Positions 1 through 11,936 are shown, counted from the stretch's first letter. The stretch is DNA of 64,000 bases from Candidatus Sulfomarinibacteraceae bacterium (GCA_963796455.1 CAWCLO010000010.1:256001-320000); one strand, 5' to 3'. Notes: generated from the letters alone by a model not told the origin. Program-made: numbers and translations.

Positions 1-810
1 CAAACAATTCATCGAACGAATCGAAAGCTCGAGGGTTTCGATCGAGGCGTCGAGGATGCTGTCTTCCTCTACGGGTTCCTCTTCTGCAGCGGGGATGACC
101 GCCACTTCTTCGACCTCGGCAAGCGATGTGTAGATGTCCATGTGCCCTTGCACGAGCTGGGCTGCCTGGCTGAGTGCTTCTTCGGGTGTGATGGTCCCAT
201 TGGTCCACACCTCGACCACCAGCCGCTCGTAGTTGGTCATCCGACCGAGCCGCGCCATCTCGACGCGGAAATTCGCCTTACGAACCGGCGAATGCGCCGA
301 ATCCACCGGGATGAAACCGACATCGAGATCCTCAGTCTGGTTTTCCTCGGCCGGCACATAGCCGCGACCGGGAGCGACCCTGACGGTCATCTGCAACTTG
401 CCATCGGCCGAAAGGGTCGCGACGTGCACGTCGGGGTCGATGACTTCGACCTGGGTCGAGCCAGCAAACTGGCCGGCTGTGACCTCACCCGGGCCCTTGG
501 CTTCGAGTGTCAGAAATGTCGGTTCCTGGCCATGGATCTTGAGTGGGATCTTCTTGAGGTTGAGGATGATATCAGTCACATCCTCGACCACGCCCGGCAC
601 TGCCGAGAACTCGTGGTCGGCGCCCTCGATCTTGACGGCGGTGATCGCCGCGGATGGAATCGAGGACAAGAGTGCCCTTCTCAGGGCGTTGCCCAGGGTC
701 GTTCCCCATCCTCGCTCGAACGGTTGTGCGAGAAATCGGGAAAACTGGGGTGTGTGTGTATCTTCTTCCGGCTGCGCCTGCGCCGGACGTTGGAAATCCT
801 GCCAGATCAT
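1..810 (-). CDS. rpoA: RNA polymerase alpha subunit (runs off window start)
   Basis: ATG at 810 reads MIWQDFQRP...FSRFLAQPFERGWGTTLGNALRR; directly downstream of rpsD. Confidence 0.95.
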   Translation of the reverse strand, partial: MIWQDFQRPAQAQPEEDTHTPQFSRFLAQPFERGWGTTLGNALRRALLSSIPSAAITAVKIEGADHEFSAVPGVVEDVTDIILNLKKIPLKIHGQEPTFLTLEAKGPGEVTAGQFAGSTQVEVIDPDVHVATLSADGKLQMTVRVAPGRGYVPAEENQTEDLDVGFIPVDSAHSPVRKANFRVEMARLGRMTNYERLVVEVWTNGTITPEEALSQAAQLVQGHMDIYTSLAEVEEVAVIPAAEEEPVEEDSILDASIETLELSIRSMNCL

Positions 811-822
811 GCGCCCTCCACC

Positions 823-1452
823 TTATCGAGAGTAGAGCTCGACAATGAGCTGCTCCTGGATCGGGAAACGAATATCTTCGCGGACCGGGTTTTCTAAGAC
901 CTTGCCCATGAAATTTGCGGAATCAACCTCGAGCCACGACGGAATTCCACGGCCTTGAGCAAACTCCACGGCTTCGCCGATCTGAGTATTCTCTTGGCTC
1001 TTCTTTTTGACGCCTACTTCCATCCCCGGTCGAACGCGGAAGGAAGGGATATCCACCCGCCGCCCGTCGACCTGGATATGACCGTGACGGACCAGCTGCC
1101 GAGCCTGAGTCCGTGAGGTCGCAAACCCGAGCGAGAACACGACGTTGTCGAGCCTCAACTCAAGCAACTGGAGGAGGTTTTCACCCGTCACACCTTTGCG
1201 ACGGTTGGCCTCCGAAAATGTGCGGTGGAACTGGCCCTCGAGCACACCATAGATGCGCCGCAGCTTCTGCTTTTCGCGAAGCTGAAGACCGTAAGCCCGA
1301 ACCTTGCGGCGGCGACCCATCCCATGCTGACCGGGAGGGGCGTTGCGACGCTCGATCGCACACTTTTCCTTGTAACAGCGCTCGCCCTTGAGGAACAACT
1401 TCATTCCCTCACGACGGCACAAACGACAGACAGGACCTCTGTACCTTGCCAT
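823..1452 (-). CDS. rpsD: 30S ribosomal protein S4
   Basis: [23 protein letters not shown]...[10 protein letters not shown]; start trimmed from ORF 823..1491. Confidence 0.97.
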   Translation of the reverse strand: MARYRGPVCRLCRREGMKLFLKGERCYKEKCAIERRNAPPGQHGMGRRRKVRAYGLQLREKQKLRRIYGVLEGQFHRTFSEANRRKGVTGENLLQLLELRLDNVVFSLGFATSRTQARQLVRHGHIQVDGRRVDIPSFRVRPGMEVGVKKKSQENTQIGEAVEFAQGRGIPSWLEVDSANFMGKVLENPVREDIRFPIQEQLIVELYSR

Positions 1453-1460
1453 CTCGTCTC

Positions 1461-1856
1461 CTATACCCTGCGCCGCTTGCGCGGACGGCACCCGTTGTGC
1501 GGAATCGGGGTCACGTCCCGTATGCTCTTGATGTCGAGGCCCGCGGCTGCCACGGCTCGAATCGCAGACTCGCGACCCGGTCCGGGGCCGGTGACCCGAA
1601 CGTCAACTGACCGGACACCGTGGTCCTGGGCCTGTTCGGCGGCACTCTTGGCGGCCAACTGGGCCGCATAGGGTGTTCCTTTGCGCGAACCCTTGTAGCC
1701 GATACGGCCACCGGAGGACCAGCACAGGGTCCCACCGCTCGGATCCGAAAAGGACACGATCGTATTGTTGAAGGTGGCGTGGATATTGGTCACCGCGTGG
1801 GGAACGTTCTTCTTTTCCCGACGGGCCTTGCGACCACCTTTTTTCTCGTTGGCCAT
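1461..1856 (-). CDS. rpsK: 30S ribosomal protein S11
   Basis: [31 protein letters not shown]. Confidence 0.97.
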   Translation of the reverse strand: MANEKKGGRKARREKKNVPHAVTNIHATFNNTIVSFSDPSGGTLCWSSGGRIGYKGSRKGTPYAAQLAAKSAAEQAQDHGVRSVDVRVTGPGPGRESAIRAVAAAGLDIKSIRDVTPIPHNGCRPRKRRRV

Positions 1857-1900
1857 TCTGCTTCTCCTGCTCGCTGGTTACCGTACCTCGAGGGTACTCA

Positions 1901-2284
1901 TTACTTCTTGGCGACTTGTTTCTTACCGGCCACCGCTTGCCGACGGGGTCCTTTACGGCCCCGGGCATTGGTGTGGGTTCTCTGACCCCGCACCGGTAGT
2001 CCGCGACGGTGGCGCATTCCGCGATAGCTGCCAATTTCGATCAGTCGCTTGATGTTCATCGCGACTTCTCGGCGGAGATCACCCTCGACGCCGCCCTCGT
2101 TCTGGATCACCTGCGAGATCCTGAGAACTTCGTCCTCGGAAAGATCTTTGACTTTGATGCCTTCATCGACCTTGGCGGTCGCGAGGATCGTTTTTGCTCG
2201 GGTACGGCCGATACCGTAGATATAGGTCAACCCAATCTCAACCCGTTTGCCCGAAGGCAGATCAACACCTGCGATACGTGCCAC
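1901..2284 (-). CDS. rpsM: 30S ribosomal protein S13
   Basis: [10 protein letters not shown]...[14 protein letters not shown]. Confidence 0.97.
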   Translation of the reverse strand: MARIAGVDLPSGKRVEIGLTYIYGIGRTRAKTILATAKVDEGIKVKDLSEDEVLRISQVIQNEGGVEGDLRREVAMNIKRLIEIGSYRGMRHRRGLPVRGQRTHTNARGRKGPRRQAVAGKKQVAKK

Positions 2285-2299
2285 CCCTTACCTCCTCGT

Positions 2300-2413
2300 T
2301 CAGCCCTGGCGCTGCTTGTGCTTCGGGTTCTCGCAGATCACCCGGACCACGCCCTTACGACGGACGATTTTGCATTTCGCACACATTCTCTTGACCGATG
2401 GACGAACTTTCAT
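2300..2413 (-). CDS. rpmJ: 50S ribosomal protein L36 (Zn-ribbon type); too short for the ORF track
   Basis: Manual translation [43 protein letters not shown] upstream. Confidence 0.96.
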   Translation of the reverse strand: MKVRPSVKRMCAKCKIVRRKGVVRVICENPKHKQRQG

Positions 2414-2423
2414 CGTCGCCCTC

Positions 2424-2642
2424 CTACTTGTAGCGGTACACGATGCGACCCCTCTTCAAATCGTATGGAGAGAGTTCGACCAGCACCTTGTCGCCCGGAA
2501 GAATGCGAATGAAATGTTTCCGCATTTTTCCGGATATGTGAGCTAATACCCCATGCCCGTTTTCCAACTCGACGCGAAACATTGCGTTGGGCAGGGGTTC
2601 TACGACCGTGGCCACCACTTCGATGGCCTCTTCCTTAGGCAT
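2424..2642 (-). CDS. infA: Translation initiation factor IF-1
   Basis: [38 protein letters not shown]. Confidence 0.97.
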   Translation of the reverse strand: MPKEEAIEVVATVVEPLPNAMFRVELENGHGVLAHISGKMRKHFIRILPGDKVLVELSPYDLKRGRIVYRYK

Positions 2643-3399
2643 TCAATGACTCCTCGGAACCGAGCACACGTGGACCGTCAGCGGTGACCGCCACCGAGCA
2701 CTCAAAATGGGCTGCGAGTCTACCGTCTTCCGTCCTTGCTGTCCAGCCATCATCGTCAATTCGCACCCGCCAACTCCCTCCGGTGATCATCGGTTCGATT
2801 GCAATCACCAGACCGGGTTTGAGGCGTTGACCATGACCGGCCTTGCCATAGTTCGGAACCTGCGGCTCCTCGTGCAGCGCTCGTCCAATACCGTGACCGA
2901 CAAACTCCCGGACCACACCGAATCCGGCGCCTTCGGCCCGCCGCTGGACCGCGGCACCTACGTCTCCGAGCCTGGCGTCAGGGGCCACAACGGCCACCGC
3001 ATCTTCGAGGCACTGGCGAGTGACATCCATCAACCGCCGCGCCTCCGCGCTGACTTCGCCGATTCCGAAGCTGATCGCGGCATCACCATAGAAGCCGTCG
3101 AGCAGGACCCCGCAATCAACACTGACCAGATCTCCAATTTTGAAAACAGCTGCGGCGCTCGGGATTCCGTGGACGATGACATCGTTGATCGAAGTGCATA
3201 GAGTGGCTGGAAAACCGCGGTAGCCCTTGAATGCCGGTACGCCGCCATCCGCCCGAATCATCTCTTCGGCGATCTCGTCGAGATCCTTGGTCGACACACC
3301 CGGCGCCGCCACCTGTTCGACAGCTCTCAGGACCCGGTGCACCAGGCGATTGGCCCGGTCCATGGTCTCGAGCTCACGGTCCGACTTCAGGCAGATCAT
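2635..3399 (-). CDS. map: Type I methionine aminopeptidase
   Basis: [33 protein letters not shown]. Confidence 0.95.
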   Translation of the reverse strand: MICLKSDRELETMDRANRLVHRVLRAVEQVAAPGVSTKDLDEIAEEMIRADGGVPAFKGYRGFPATLCTSINDVIVHGIPSAAAVFKIGDLVSVDCGVLLDGFYGDAAISFGIGEVSAEARRLMDVTRQCLEDAVAVVAPDARLGDVGAAVQRRAEGAGFGVVREFVGHGIGRALHEEPQVPNYGKAGHGQRLKPGLVIAIEPMITGGSWRVRIDDDGWTARTEDGRLAAHFECSVAVTADGPRVLGSEESLNA

Positions 3400-3974
3400 A
3401 CGCTCACCGGTGCCGCGATCGCTTCGAAGATCTCATTGTTGACGTCGTCGATGCTGCGATCACCATGAATCACAACCAGCTGTTCGCGATCGCGATAGGC
3501 CTCGATCAGCGGCCCGCTCTCCGAGCGATAGGTCGTGAGACGCTGCCGAATCGTCTCCGGCGAGTCGTTCTTCCGACCGCCGACGCGGCTCACCACCACC
3601 TCGTCCGGCACATCCAGAAGCACGACCCTCTCGATGCCACGACCAAGCTCCGCGAGCACTCCGTCGAGGAGCGCTGCCTGTTCGAGATTCAGCGGAAATC
3701 CGTCGAGAACAAACCCACGTGCGCAATCTTCGGCATCCAAGCGTTGCAGCACCCGGGCGGCGACCAGCCGGTCGTTGACGGCTTCGCCACGGGAGAATTC
3801 CACTTCAGCCTCTCGACCCATGGTCGTTCCCCGCTCGATCTCGTCCCGCAGCATGTCTCCGGTCGAGATATGCGGCACCTGGTAGCGCTCACTCAGAAGC
3901 GCTGCCTGGGTCCCTTTTCCCGAGCCCGGAGGGCCGATCAGGACGATATTGAGGCTTGAGAACGGAGGACTCAC
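3396..3974 (-). CDS. adk: Adenylate kinase, short-LID type, atypical motifs
   Basis: GPPGSGKGTQA P-loop, HISTGDML; between secY and map. Confidence 0.9.
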   Translation of the reverse strand: MSPPFSSLNIVLIGPPGSGKGTQAALLSERYQVPHISTGDMLRDEIERGTTMGREAEVEFSRGEAVNDRLVAARVLQRLDAEDCARGFVLDGFPLNLEQAALLDGVLAELGRGIERVVLLDVPDEVVVSRVGGRKNDSPETIRQRLTTYRSESGPLIEAYRDREQLVVIHGDRSIDDVNNEIFEAIAAPVSV

Positions 3975-5359
3975 CCGCGCCTCCCGCGCACCCGTCCGCG
4001 GCGCATGAAACCGTCATAGTGCCGCATCACGAGCTGCGATTCGATCTGGTTGACGGTATCCATCGCCACACCGACCACGATCAGCAGCGAGGTGCCGCCG
4101 AAGAAGAACTTGACGCCGAGGCCCTGCGTGAACCACGCCGGCAAGAACGCATCGAGAGTCGGTCCGATCATCGGGATCGTCGCCACCTTGAAACCGGCGA
4201 TCAGAATATTCGGCAGGATCGCCACCACCGCGAGGTAGATCGCGCCGACCAGAGTCATTCGAGTCAGGATTTTGTCGATGAATTCGGCGGTCCGTTTGCC
4301 GGGTCGAATCCCGGGGATGAATCCACCGTACTTGCGCATGTTCTCCGCTGTGTCTTCCGGGTTGAAAATAATCGACGTGTAGAAGTAACAGAAGAAAACG
4401 ATGGCCAGGAAGTAGACCAGGTTGTACATCGGCTCGCCCCAGGCAAGGGCCTCGGTGATCTTCTGCAACCAGCGGTTGTCGATCATCTGGCCGAGGGTCT
4501 GAGGAAAGGACATGATCGACGCGGCGAAGATGACCGGGATCACACCGCCGGTGTTGAGCCGCAACGGGAGATAGGTGCTCTGGCCGCCATAGACCTTTCG
4601 TCCGACAACCCGTTTCGCGTACTGGATCGGTATGCGTCGTTGGGCGCGTTCCATATACACGATTGCAGCCACGACCAGGATCATGAATACGATCAGGATG
4701 ACTACCGTGATGATATTCAGAGTACCGGTCTGAACATCGGTGATGGTGTTGAATATCGCTCCCGGCAAACCAACCACGATGCCGGCAAAGATGATCAGCG
4801 AGATGCCGTTGCCGATGCCGCGCTCAGAGATTTGTTCGCCAAGCCACATCACGAAAGCCGTACCGGTCGTCAGAGTCAACACGGTTACAAAACGGAAGCC
4901 CCAGCCCTGGAGGTTTTCCGGGACCAAAAGGGCCCCTCCCGGCGCCGAAGTGCGCTCGAGGAAGAACGAGATTCCCATGCCCTGAATGACCGACAGCACG
5001 ATGGTGCCGTAGCGGGTGTACTGGGTGATCTTACGCCGACCCAACTCTCCTTCTTTGGAGAGTTTCTCGAGATAGGGCCAGACCACCGTCAGGAGCTGCA
5101 GGATAATCGATGCCGAAATGTAGGGCATGATCCCCAGAGCAAAGACCGTCATCCGACCCAGCGCACCACCCGAGAACAGGTTCAGGAATCCCAGGACCGT
5201 TCCCTCGGCGGCTTTCGTAAACTCGGCGATAGCCACCGGGTCGATGCCCGGAATCGGGATGAAGGAACCCAGCCGATACACCGCCAGCAGCGCAAAGGTG
5301 AATGCCAGGCGATTGCGGAGATCCGGTATCGCGAAGATATTGCGAAAACTGTCGATCAC
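3971..5359 (-). CDS. secY: Preprotein translocase SecY
   Basis: [52 protein letters not shown]. Confidence 0.98.
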   Translation of the reverse strand: MIDSFRNIFAIPDLRNRLAFTFALLAVYRLGSFIPIPGIDPVAIAEFTKAAEGTVLGFLNLFSGGALGRMTVFALGIMPYISASIILQLLTVVWPYLEKLSKEGELGRRKITQYTRYGTIVLSVIQGMGISFFLERTSAPGGALLVPENLQGWGFRFVTVLTLTTGTAFVMWLGEQISERGIGNGISLIIFAGIVVGLPGAIFNTITDVQTGTLNIITVVILIVFMILVVAAIVYMERAQRRIPIQYAKRVVGRKVYGGQSTYLPLRLNTGGVIPVIFAASIMSFPQTLGQMIDNRWLQKITEALAWGEPMYNLVYFLAIVFFCYFYTSIIFNPEDTAENMRKYGGFIPGIRPGKRTAEFIDKILTRMTLVGAIYLAVVAILPNILIAGFKVATIPMIGPTLDAFLPAWFTQGLGVKFFFGGTSLLIVVGVAMDTVNQIESQLVMRHYDGFMRRGRVRGRRG

Positions 5360-5805
5360 GACGTCACCATCTGGCAGCTACCACCGGCCTTTTCGATCCC
5401 CGACCGTGCGCCCGCGGAAAACTTGTGCGCCTGGACTTCGAGTTTCTTTTTCAGATCGCCGTCGCCGAGCACTTTGATCGGCAGTTTGCCGTTGCGAACC
5501 AACCCCTTCGCCACCAGGGTCTCGGGAGAAACCGTGTCGCCGTTGGCGAACACCCGCTCGAGATCGCGGAGGTTCACAACCTGGAACTCGACCCGGAAGA
5601 TATTTGTGAAACCGCGTTTGGGGATCCGGCGAACGAGCGGCATCTGGCCACCCTCGAAACCGTAACGCCGCGAATAACCGCTGCGCGATTTCTGGCCCTT
5701 GTGTCCCTTGCCGGCGGTCTTGCCGTTGCCCGATCCCGGGCCGCGACCGACCCGCTTGCGGGCCTTCGTGGCACCTTTTGCCGGGTGCAGATCATGAAGT
5801 TCCAT
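5356..5805 (-). CDS. rplO: 50S ribosomal protein L15
   Basis: [32 protein letters not shown]. Confidence 0.97.
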   Translation of the reverse strand: MELHDLHPAKGATKARKRVGRGPGSGNGKTAGKGHKGQKSRSGYSRRYGFEGGQMPLVRRIPKRGFTNIFRVEFQVVNLRDLERVFANGDTVSPETLVAKGLVRNGKLPIKVLGDGDLKKKLEVQAHKFSAGARSGIEKAGGSCQMVTS

Positions 5806-5808
5806 GAC

Positions 5809-6351
5809 TCAGTCCTCCAGTTCCTCGACCGAGACCAGATGCGTGACCTTGGCGATCATGCCGCGAATCGGCGGATCGTCGTGGCGGGTCACGGAGCGGC
5901 CGATTCGGCCGAGCCCGAGCCCCTGAAGCACGAGCGTCTGTTTCCGTGCATACCCGATCTGGCTTCGCACCTGAGTGATTTTGAGTGTTGCTTTCTTTTT
6001 CGCCGCCGCTTTTTTCTTCTTCGGCGCTGCGACTTCCGTTTTTTCGGCAGCCGCCTTCGGTGCGGCCTTCGGTGCGGACTTCTTCTCCAAAACGGCCGTT
6101 TCTGCCGCCGGTTTTGCAGCAGCCTTTTTCTTCGGGGCCGCCTTCTTGGTTGCCGGCTTCTTCGCAGCAGGCTTCTTCGCGGCAGCTTCTTTCTTCGGAG
6201 CCGCCTTTTTCGCCGCTGCCGGCTTTTTCTCGGCCTTTGCCGCCGTGGCCGCCTTCTTCGGGGCCGCTTTCTTGGCCGCCGGTTTCTTTGCCGCCGCCTT
6301 CTTGGTCTCCTTTTTCTCGGTGACCTCGGTTTCTTTCTTTTCTGCGGTCAT
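5809..6351 (-). CDS. rpmD: 50S ribosomal protein L30 with ~120-aa Lys/Ala/Pro-rich N-terminal extension
   Basis: C-terminal [11 protein letters not shown]...LGLGRIG...[12 protein letters not shown] is L30; between rpsE and rplO. Confidence 0.92.
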   Translation of the reverse strand: MTAEKKETEVTEKKETKKAAAKKPAAKKAAPKKAATAAKAEKKPAAAKKAAPKKEAAAKKPAAKKPATKKAAPKKKAAAKPAAETAVLEKKSAPKAAPKAAAEKTEVAAPKKKKAAAKKKATLKITQVRSQIGYARKQTLVLQGLGLGRIGRSVTRHDDPPIRGMIAKVTHLVSVEELED

Positions 6352-6968
6352 CAGCTCTTACCTTCCTCGACGGCAGCCTCGGCTGCTTCGACCACCGGGG
6401 CTGCTTCGACCACCGGGGCCGCTTCAACCTCGACCTCGACGGCCGGCTCGGGGGCGGCTTCAGCTTCAGCTTCCGCCTCGCCCCCGACTTCCACTCCACG
6501 AAGTCGCTGCACCTGTTTGCTGGTCATCAGACGATCGATCGCGTCAAAGGTGGCGCGCACGACGTTGAATGGATTTCTGCTGCCGACGATTTTCGTCAGG
6601 ACATCCGCAACACCGGCCGACTCCATAACGGCGCGAACGCCGCCGCCGGCGATAACGCCGGTACCGGGCGAAGCGGGTCGAAGGAGTACTCTGGTCGCAC
6701 CCCAACGCCCCCACACCAGATGCGGGACCGTACCACCAACCATTGGGATACTGATCATTTCTTTCCGCGCCTGCTCACTGGCCTTTTGGATCGCGGGCGG
6801 CACTTCACGTGCTTTCCCCGTACCGTAGCCAACCTTGCCGGATCCGTCCCCGGCAACGACCACGGCGGAAAAGGAAAAGTTCTTACCGCCTTTGACGACC
6901 TTGGCAACTCGGTTGATGTGAACGACTGTTTCAGCGAATTCGCTCTCTCGGTTCATCATGATCTGCAA
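6351..6968 (-). CDS. rpsE: 30S ribosomal protein S5 with acidic C-terminal tail (exact start Met uncertain)
   Basis: [32 protein letters not shown]. Confidence 0.96.
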   Translation of the reverse strand: MQIMMNRESEFAETVVHINRVAKVVKGGKNFSFSAVVVAGDGSGKVGYGTGKAREVPPAIQKASEQARKEMISIPMVGGTVPHLVWGRWGATRVLLRPASPGTGVIAGGGVRAVMESAGVADVLTKIVGSRNPFNVVRATFDAIDRLMTSKQVQRLRGVEVGGEAEAEAEAAPEPAVEVEVEAAPVVEAAPVVEAAEAAVEEGKS

Positions 6969-6971
6969 CCC

Positions 6972-7331
6972 CTAGAACTTCAGGCCCGCTTCGCGGGCCC
7001 CGTCCGCAATCGCGCGAATTACGCCGTGGTAGCGGAATCCGCCACGGTCGAAGACGACTGCTTCGACACCTTTTTCTTTGGCCCGCTCGGCAACCAACTT
7101 GCCGAGAGCCTTCCCGGCCTCGCAATTGCCGGTGCTGCCGGAAGCAGCCTGCTCAAGGGTCGAGGCCGAAACGACCGTCACACCCTGCTCATCGTCAATC
7201 ACCTGGGCATAGACATGCCGCAGACTTCTGAACACGGACAACCGAGGACGGTCGGCGGTGCCAAGAACACCTGCGCGGAACCGACGCCTGATCTTCGTCC
7301 GACGCTGTTTACGATCTTGAACCCGGCTCAT
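6972..7331 (-). CDS. rplR: 50S ribosomal protein L18
   Basis: [28 protein letters not shown]. Confidence 0.97.
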   Translation of the reverse strand: MSRVQDRKQRRTKIRRRFRAGVLGTADRPRLSVFRSLRHVYAQVIDDEQGVTVVSASTLEQAASGSTGNCEAGKALGKLVAERAKEKGVEAVVFDRGGFRYHGVIRAIADGAREAGLKF

Positions 7332-7873
7332 GCTGTCGCTCCCTGCTTCCCGGCCTTGGTCCGGACTCTCTCGTCTGAATAACGGATGCCCTTGCCCTTG
7401 TAGGGCTCGGGGGGCCTGAGGCGGCGAATTTCGGCCGCGATCTGACCGACCTGTTGCCGGTCGATACCCTTCACGGTCACGATGTTCGCCTTGCCGTCGA
7501 CTTCGATTTCGATCCCGTCCGGAACCTTGAAATCAATTGGATGCGAGTATCCGAGATTGAAGATGACGTTCTTGCCCTGGCTCTCGGCACGGTAGCCGAT
7601 GCCAACGATCTCGAGCGACTTCGACCATCCCTCCGACACACCGGCCGTGGCGTTGGCTAGAAGTGCCCTCACCAGCCCGTGGAAGGAGCGGGTCGCAGCC
7701 TCTTCGTCGGCACGATTCACCGTCAGAACACCATCGTCCATTGCAGCCGTGACACCGGGCAGGAGACCAACCTGAAGCTGGCCCTTCGGTCCCTTGACCG
7801 TGACCACCTCGTCGGCGATCGAAACATCGACGCCTTTCGGCATCGGGATCGGCATTTTTCCTATACGTGACAT
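7328..7873 (-). CDS. rplF: 50S ribosomal protein L6
   Basis: [28 protein letters not shown]. Confidence 0.97.
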   Translation of the reverse strand: MSRIGKMPIPMPKGVDVSIADEVVTVKGPKGQLQVGLLPGVTAAMDDGVLTVNRADEEAATRSFHGLVRALLANATAGVSEGWSKSLEIVGIGYRAESQGKNVIFNLGYSHPIDFKVPDGIEIEVDGKANIVTVKGIDRQQVGQIAAEIRRLRPPEPYKGKGIRYSDERVRTKAGKQGATA

Positions 7874-7881
7874 ATCGCCCC

Positions 7882-8280
7882 CTACCAGACCTCACACAGG
7901 ACTTCGCCACCCACGCGCAGGCCTCGAGCCTGCTCGTCTGTGAGAACGCCCCGGTTCGTCGAGATCACTGCCACACCGAGGCCGTTTCGGACCTTGGGCA
8001 GCGCGTCCACTCCGCGGTATATCCTGCAACCAGGACGTGAGACACGCTGCAGCCCGTGAATCACCGGCTCGCCGTCTTCGGAGTACTTGAGATAGATACG
8101 GATCGTTCCCTGGGGACCTTCTTCGATCACCTTGAAGGTGCGAATATAGCCCTCCTGTTTGAGAATCTTGGCGACCTCGAGCTTCATCTTCGAAGCCGGC
8201 ACATCGGTGCGATCGTGCCGCACCGTGGTCGCGTTGCGGATCCGTGTCAAAAGATCGGAAATCGGGTCAGTCATACTCAT
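7882..8280 (-). CDS. rpsH: 30S ribosomal protein S8
   Basis: MSMTDPISDLLTRIRNA...VGGEVLCEVW; start trimmed. Confidence 0.96.
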   Translation of the reverse strand: MSMTDPISDLLTRIRNATTVRHDRTDVPASKMKLEVAKILKQEGYIRTFKVIEEGPQGTIRIYLKYSEDGEPVIHGLQRVSRPGCRIYRGVDALPKVRNGLGVAVISTNRGVLTDEQARGLRVGGEVLCEVW

Positions 8281-8290
8281 GATCGACTCC

Positions 8291-8476
8291 TCACCAGCTC
8301 GCCTTGGTGACTCCGGGGAGAAAGCCCTCGAGAGCCAACTTCCGGAAGCACACCCTGCACAGCTGGAATTTGCGCATGAAACCACGTGGTCGGCCACAGA
8401 CCCGACAACGGTTGCGCTGGCGAACCTTAAACTTCGGCTTTTTCAAGCTTTTTGCGATCATTGCCTTGCGTGCCAC
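8291..8476 (-). CDS. rpsN: 30S ribosomal protein S14, zinc-binding type
   Basis: 61 aa, RCRVCGRP...LCRVCFR...PGVTKASW. Confidence 0.97.
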   Translation of the reverse strand: MARKAMIAKSLKKPKFKVRQRNRCRVCGRPRGFMRKFQLCRVCFRKLALEGFLPGVTKASW

Positions 8477-8484
8477 GATGCCTC

Positions 8485-9027
8485 CTAACGGCTCTTGAAC
8501 GGCATGCCCATGCCGGCCAGAAGCGTGCGCGCCTGGTCATCGGTGGGAGCCGTCGTGGTGATGGTGATATTCATGCCCATGGTGCCTTCCACCTTCTGGT
8601 AATCGACCTCGGGGAAGACCAGAATGTCGCGGATACCAAGCGTGTAGTTTCCGCGGCCATCAAAAGCGTTGGGCGAGATACCGCGAAAGTCACGCACACG
8701 CGGCAGGCCGATGGAGATCAAACGGTCGAGGAACTCGTACATTCTCTCCCGCCGCAGGGTCACCCTGGCCCCGACCGGCATCCCCTCACGCAGCTTGAAC
8801 GCAGCGATTGATTTGCGTGCTTTACGCATCTCGGGCAGCTGGCCGGTGATATTGGCAAGTTGCTCCATCGCCGTGTCGAGCAGTTTGGCGTTGCGGCTTG
8901 CTTCACCGACGCCGATGTTGCAGGTGATCTTCGTGATCTTCGGAACCTGCATTGGATTGGTCAGCCCAAAGTCCTTCTGGAGCTGCGGGAAGACCTCCTT
9001 ACGATACGTTTCTATCAAGCGCGCCAT
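8485..9027 (-). CDS. rplE: 50S ribosomal protein L5
   Basis: [34 protein letters not shown]. Confidence 0.97.
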   Translation of the reverse strand: MARLIETYRKEVFPQLQKDFGLTNPMQVPKITKITCNIGVGEASRNAKLLDTAMEQLANITGQLPEMRKARKSIAAFKLREGMPVGARVTLRRERMYEFLDRLISIGLPRVRDFRGISPNAFDGRGNYTLGIRDILVFPEVDYQKVEGTMGMNITITTTAPTDDQARTLLAGMGMPFKSR

Positions 9028-9035
9028 CGTCCCTC

Positions 9036-9356
9036 CTAACGGTCGAGAATCGCGCCGTCGACCTTGGCAACGCGGACCTTTCGTCCGTCGTCCAGCACCT
9101 GCATACCGATCCGGGAGCGCTGACCGCTGTCCGGAGAAATAACCATCACATTCGAGACATGAACGGCTGCCTCGCGCTCCACGACCCCACCCTTGACGTT
9201 TTTCTGCGGGTTGGGCCGGGTGTGGCGCTTGATCATGTTCACGCCCTCGATAACCAAGCGCTCCCGATTGCGGTCTATCACGAGCACCCGACCCCTTTTA
9301 CCGGCGTCCTTGCCCGAGATGACCTCGACGTTGTCACCTTTTTTGATCTTCATCAT
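9036..9356 (-). CDS. rplX: 50S ribosomal protein L24
   Basis: [23 protein letters not shown] motif, HVSNV. Confidence 0.97.
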   Translation of the reverse strand: MMKIKKGDNVEVISGKDAGKRGRVLVIDRNRERLVIEGVNMIKRHTRPNPQKNVKGGVVEREAAVHVSNVMVISPDSGQRSRIGMQVLDDGRKVRVAKVDGAILDR

Positions 9357-9362
9357 CCGCTC

Positions 9363-9734
9363 CTACAGGACCTCTGGGGCCAACGAGACAATCTTCATGA
9401 ATCGTTTTTCGCGCAGCTCACGGGCCACCGGGCCAAAGACCCGGGTACCGATCGGCTCGCGCTCGGTGTTGATCAACACCGCCGCATTTTCGTCAAAACG
9501 AATGTAGGAACCATCGCGCCGACGGGCACGATTGCGGGTCCTCACGATCACCGCTTTGACGACGGTGCCTTTTTTGATTTCCGATTCCGGCGCCGCCTCT
9601 TTGACCGTGCACACGATGAGGTCACCGAGACCGGCGGTTCGGGGGGCGGCGGAGCCGCCGACCTGGCGGATCGCCTCCAGCCTGCGTGCGCCGGAATTGT
9701 CTGCCACCAAGAGCGAAGTTCCCATCTGGATCAT
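9363..9734 (-). CDS. rplN: 50S ribosomal protein L14
   Basis: [38 protein letters not shown]. Confidence 0.97.
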   Translation of the reverse strand: MIQMGTSLLVADNSGARRLEAIRQVGGSAAPRTAGLGDLIVCTVKEAAPESEIKKGTVVKAVIVRTRNRARRRDGSYIRFDENAAVLINTEREPIGTRVFGPVARELREKRFMKIVSLAPEVL

Positions 9735-9749
9735 TGCTCGACCTCCCGA

Positions 9750-10019
9750 CTACTGAGCCCGCTCGATGACTTTGCAGATCCGCCACCGTTTGCGCTTGGA
9801 AAGGGGACGGCACTCCTCGATGAGTACCCGGTCACCGTTGTTGCACGTGTTTTCTTCGTCGTGCGCCATGAACTTCGAGGTCGTTCGCACGAACTTCGAG
9901 TACAGGGGGTGCATGATGAGGTTCTCGACCTTGACCACAACCGACTTGTCCGCCGAGTTCGAGGTCACGACTCCGACCTTGGTGGTCTTACGGGAAGCTG
10001 TTTCGGGGCTGCTCATCAC
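9750..10019 (-). CDS. rpsQ: 30S ribosomal protein S17
   Basis: [30 protein letters not shown]. Confidence 0.96.
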   Translation of the reverse strand: MMSSPETASRKTTKVGVVTSNSADKSVVVKVENLIMHPLYSKFVRTTSKFMAHDEENTCNNGDRVLIEECRPLSKRKRWRICKVIERAQ

Positions 10020-10216
10020 ACACCTCCCTCGGCACGGCGCTCGTTGATCACCGTCAGCACACGGGCGATGTCCTTGCGGACCTCGCGGATCTTGATCGGG
10101 TTTTCAATCTGCCCCGTGGATTTCTGGAAGCGGAGCTTAAAAAGCTGCTCCTCGAGATCTCCCAGCGATTTGCGGAGCTCGTCATCCGAACGTTCACGAA
10201 ATTCTTTGGCGTTCAT
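10016..10216 (-). CDS. rpmC: 50S ribosomal protein L29
   Basis: [27 protein letters not shown]. Confidence 0.96.
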   Translation of the reverse strand: MNAKEFRERSDDELRKSLGDLEEQLFKLRFQKSTGQIENPIKIREVRKDIARVLTVINERRAEGGV

Positions 10217-10629
10217 AACTGGTCTTTCCTGGATACAAAACGGGTCTTGAGTGGCAACTTGTGGGCTGCAAGCCGCATTGCCTCACGCGCGATGTCCTCG
10301 CTGACCCCTTCCATTTCATAGAGAATGCGGGCCGGCTTGATCACCGCCACCCACTCCTCGGGGTTGCCCTTGCCCTTACCCATACGGGTTTCGAGCGGTT
10401 TCTTGGTCACTGGCTTGTCGGGAAAGATCCGGATCCAGATCTTTCCACCACGTTTGACGTGTCGGGTCATGGCGATACGGGCGGCCTCGATCTGACGGGC
10501 GGTAAGCCAACCACGTTCGATCGCCTGGAGCGCGTAGTCCCCAAAGCTGACCTTCGAACCGCGTCGTGCCAGCCCGCGGTTCTTACCGCGTTGCTGCTTT
10601 CTGTACTTGACCTTTTTCGGCATCAACAT
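10213..10629 (-). CDS. rplP: 50S ribosomal protein L16
   Basis: [29 protein letters not shown]. Confidence 0.97.
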   Translation of the reverse strand: MLMPKKVKYRKQQRGKNRGLARRGSKVSFGDYALQAIERGWLTARQIEAARIAMTRHVKRGGKIWIRIFPDKPVTKKPLETRMGKGKGNPEEWVAVIKPARILYEMEGVSEDIAREAMRLAAHKLPLKTRFVSRKDQL

Positions 10630-10638
10630 GATGACTCC

Positions 10639-11292
10639 TTAGACGCGGGGCCGGTTGGCGCGCGCGCGATGACGTTCGCCCCGGTAGACCCAGACCTTGA
10701 TCCCGATCACCCCGTAGGTGGTGTAGGCGGTCTTGAATCCATAGTCGATATCAGCTTTGAGGGTGTGAAGGGGGAGGCGCCCCTGCTGGTACCACTCGGC
10801 GCGTGCGATTTCCGCTCCATTGAGACGACCGGCGCAACGGATCTTGATTCCTTGCGCACCGAATCGAAGCGCATTCTCGATCGCCCGCCGCATGGCGCGA
10901 CGAAATGCGATCCGCCGCTCCAACTGACGCGCGACGTTGGCCGCAATCAGGTGGGCGTCGATCTCCGGGCGCTGGATCTCCTGAATATTGATGTGGATAT
11001 CCTGGCCGTAGCGACGCATGAGGTCGTCGCGCAGCTTGTCCACCTCGGCGCCCTTGCGGCCGATGATGATTCCCGGCCGCCCGGAGAGCACATTGACGCG
11101 CAACTTCGAGGCCGTTCGTTCGATATCAATCGCACTGACCGCTGCGTTCTCCAGCCGCTCCATCAGCTCCTGCCGAAGCTGCAGATCCTCGTGCAGGAGA
11201 TTCGCATAGTTCTTGCCGTCGGCGTACCAACGCGATCGCCAGGTGTTGTTGTAACCGAGGCGAAAACCGTAGGGGTGCGTTTTCTGTCCCAT
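10639..11292 (-). CDS. rpsC: 30S ribosomal protein S3
   Basis: [34 protein letters not shown]; start trimmed. Confidence 0.97.
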   Translation of the reverse strand: MGQKTHPYGFRLGYNNTWRSRWYADGKNYANLLHEDLQLRQELMERLENAAVSAIDIERTASKLRVNVLSGRPGIIIGRKGAEVDKLRDDLMRRYGQDIHINIQEIQRPEIDAHLIAANVARQLERRIAFRRAMRRAIENALRFGAQGIKIRCAGRLNGAEIARAEWYQQGRLPLHTLKADIDYGFKTAYTTYGVIGIKVWVYRGERHRARANRPRV

Positions 11293-11300
11293 TGCGTCTC

Positions 11301-11642
11301 CTATTCCTTGACCGAAAGCTCGACCGTGACGTGGCACATCCGTTTGAGGATGCGATGCATCCGGACCCACTTGGAGGCCGGACGGCCACGCTTCAGGCTG
11401 GGCCCGCCGTCGACGGTGATCTTGCTGATGAAGACCCGATCGACGTCAACGCCGGGTTGGGCCTGTTCGAGGTTAGCCAGCGCCGAGCGAACCAGCTTGG
11501 CGACATCCTTTGCCGCGTACTTGGGGCTCAGCTGCAACGTTGTGAGGGCCGGCTCGATCGCCTGACCGCGCACCATATCCACCACCAGCCGCACCTTTCG
11601 CGGCGAAGAGCGATAGTACCGAAGTTGAGCTCGCGAATCCAT
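11301..11642 (-). CDS. rplV: 50S ribosomal protein L22
   Basis: [20 protein letters not shown]10 operon position. Confidence 0.95.
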   Translation of the reverse strand: MDSRAQLRYYRSSPRKVRLVVDMVRGQAIEPALTTLQLSPKYAAKDVAKLVRSALANLEQAQPGVDVDRVFISKITVDGGPSLKRGRPASKWVRMHRILKRMCHVTVELSVKE

Positions 11643-11651
11643 AGTGCCCTC

Positions 11652-11927
11652 CTATACGCCCTTCTCGCGGCGACCGGAGTGACCGCGGAAGGTCCTCGTC
11701 GGCGCGAACTCGCCGAGCTTGTGGCCCACCATGTTTTCGGTGATGAAGACCGGAACGAACTTGTGGCCGTTGTGAACTGCGATCGTCATTCCCACCATCA
11801 GCGGAGTCACCGTTGATCGACGCGACCAGGTCTTGATGACTCTGCGGTCGTCAGCCGAGGTGACGCCCTCGATTTTCTTGGCGAGGTGCTCGTCCACGAA
11901 CGGACCCTTCTTGATTGACCGTGCCAT
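11652..11927 (-). CDS. rpsS: 30S ribosomal protein S19
   Basis: [29 protein letters not shown]. Confidence 0.97.
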   Translation of the reverse strand: MARSIKKGPFVDEHLAKKIEGVTSADDRRVIKTWSRRSTVTPLMVGMTIAVHNGHKFVPVFITENMVGHKLGEFAPTRTFRGHSGRREKGV

Positions 11928-11936
11928 CTGCTCCCC

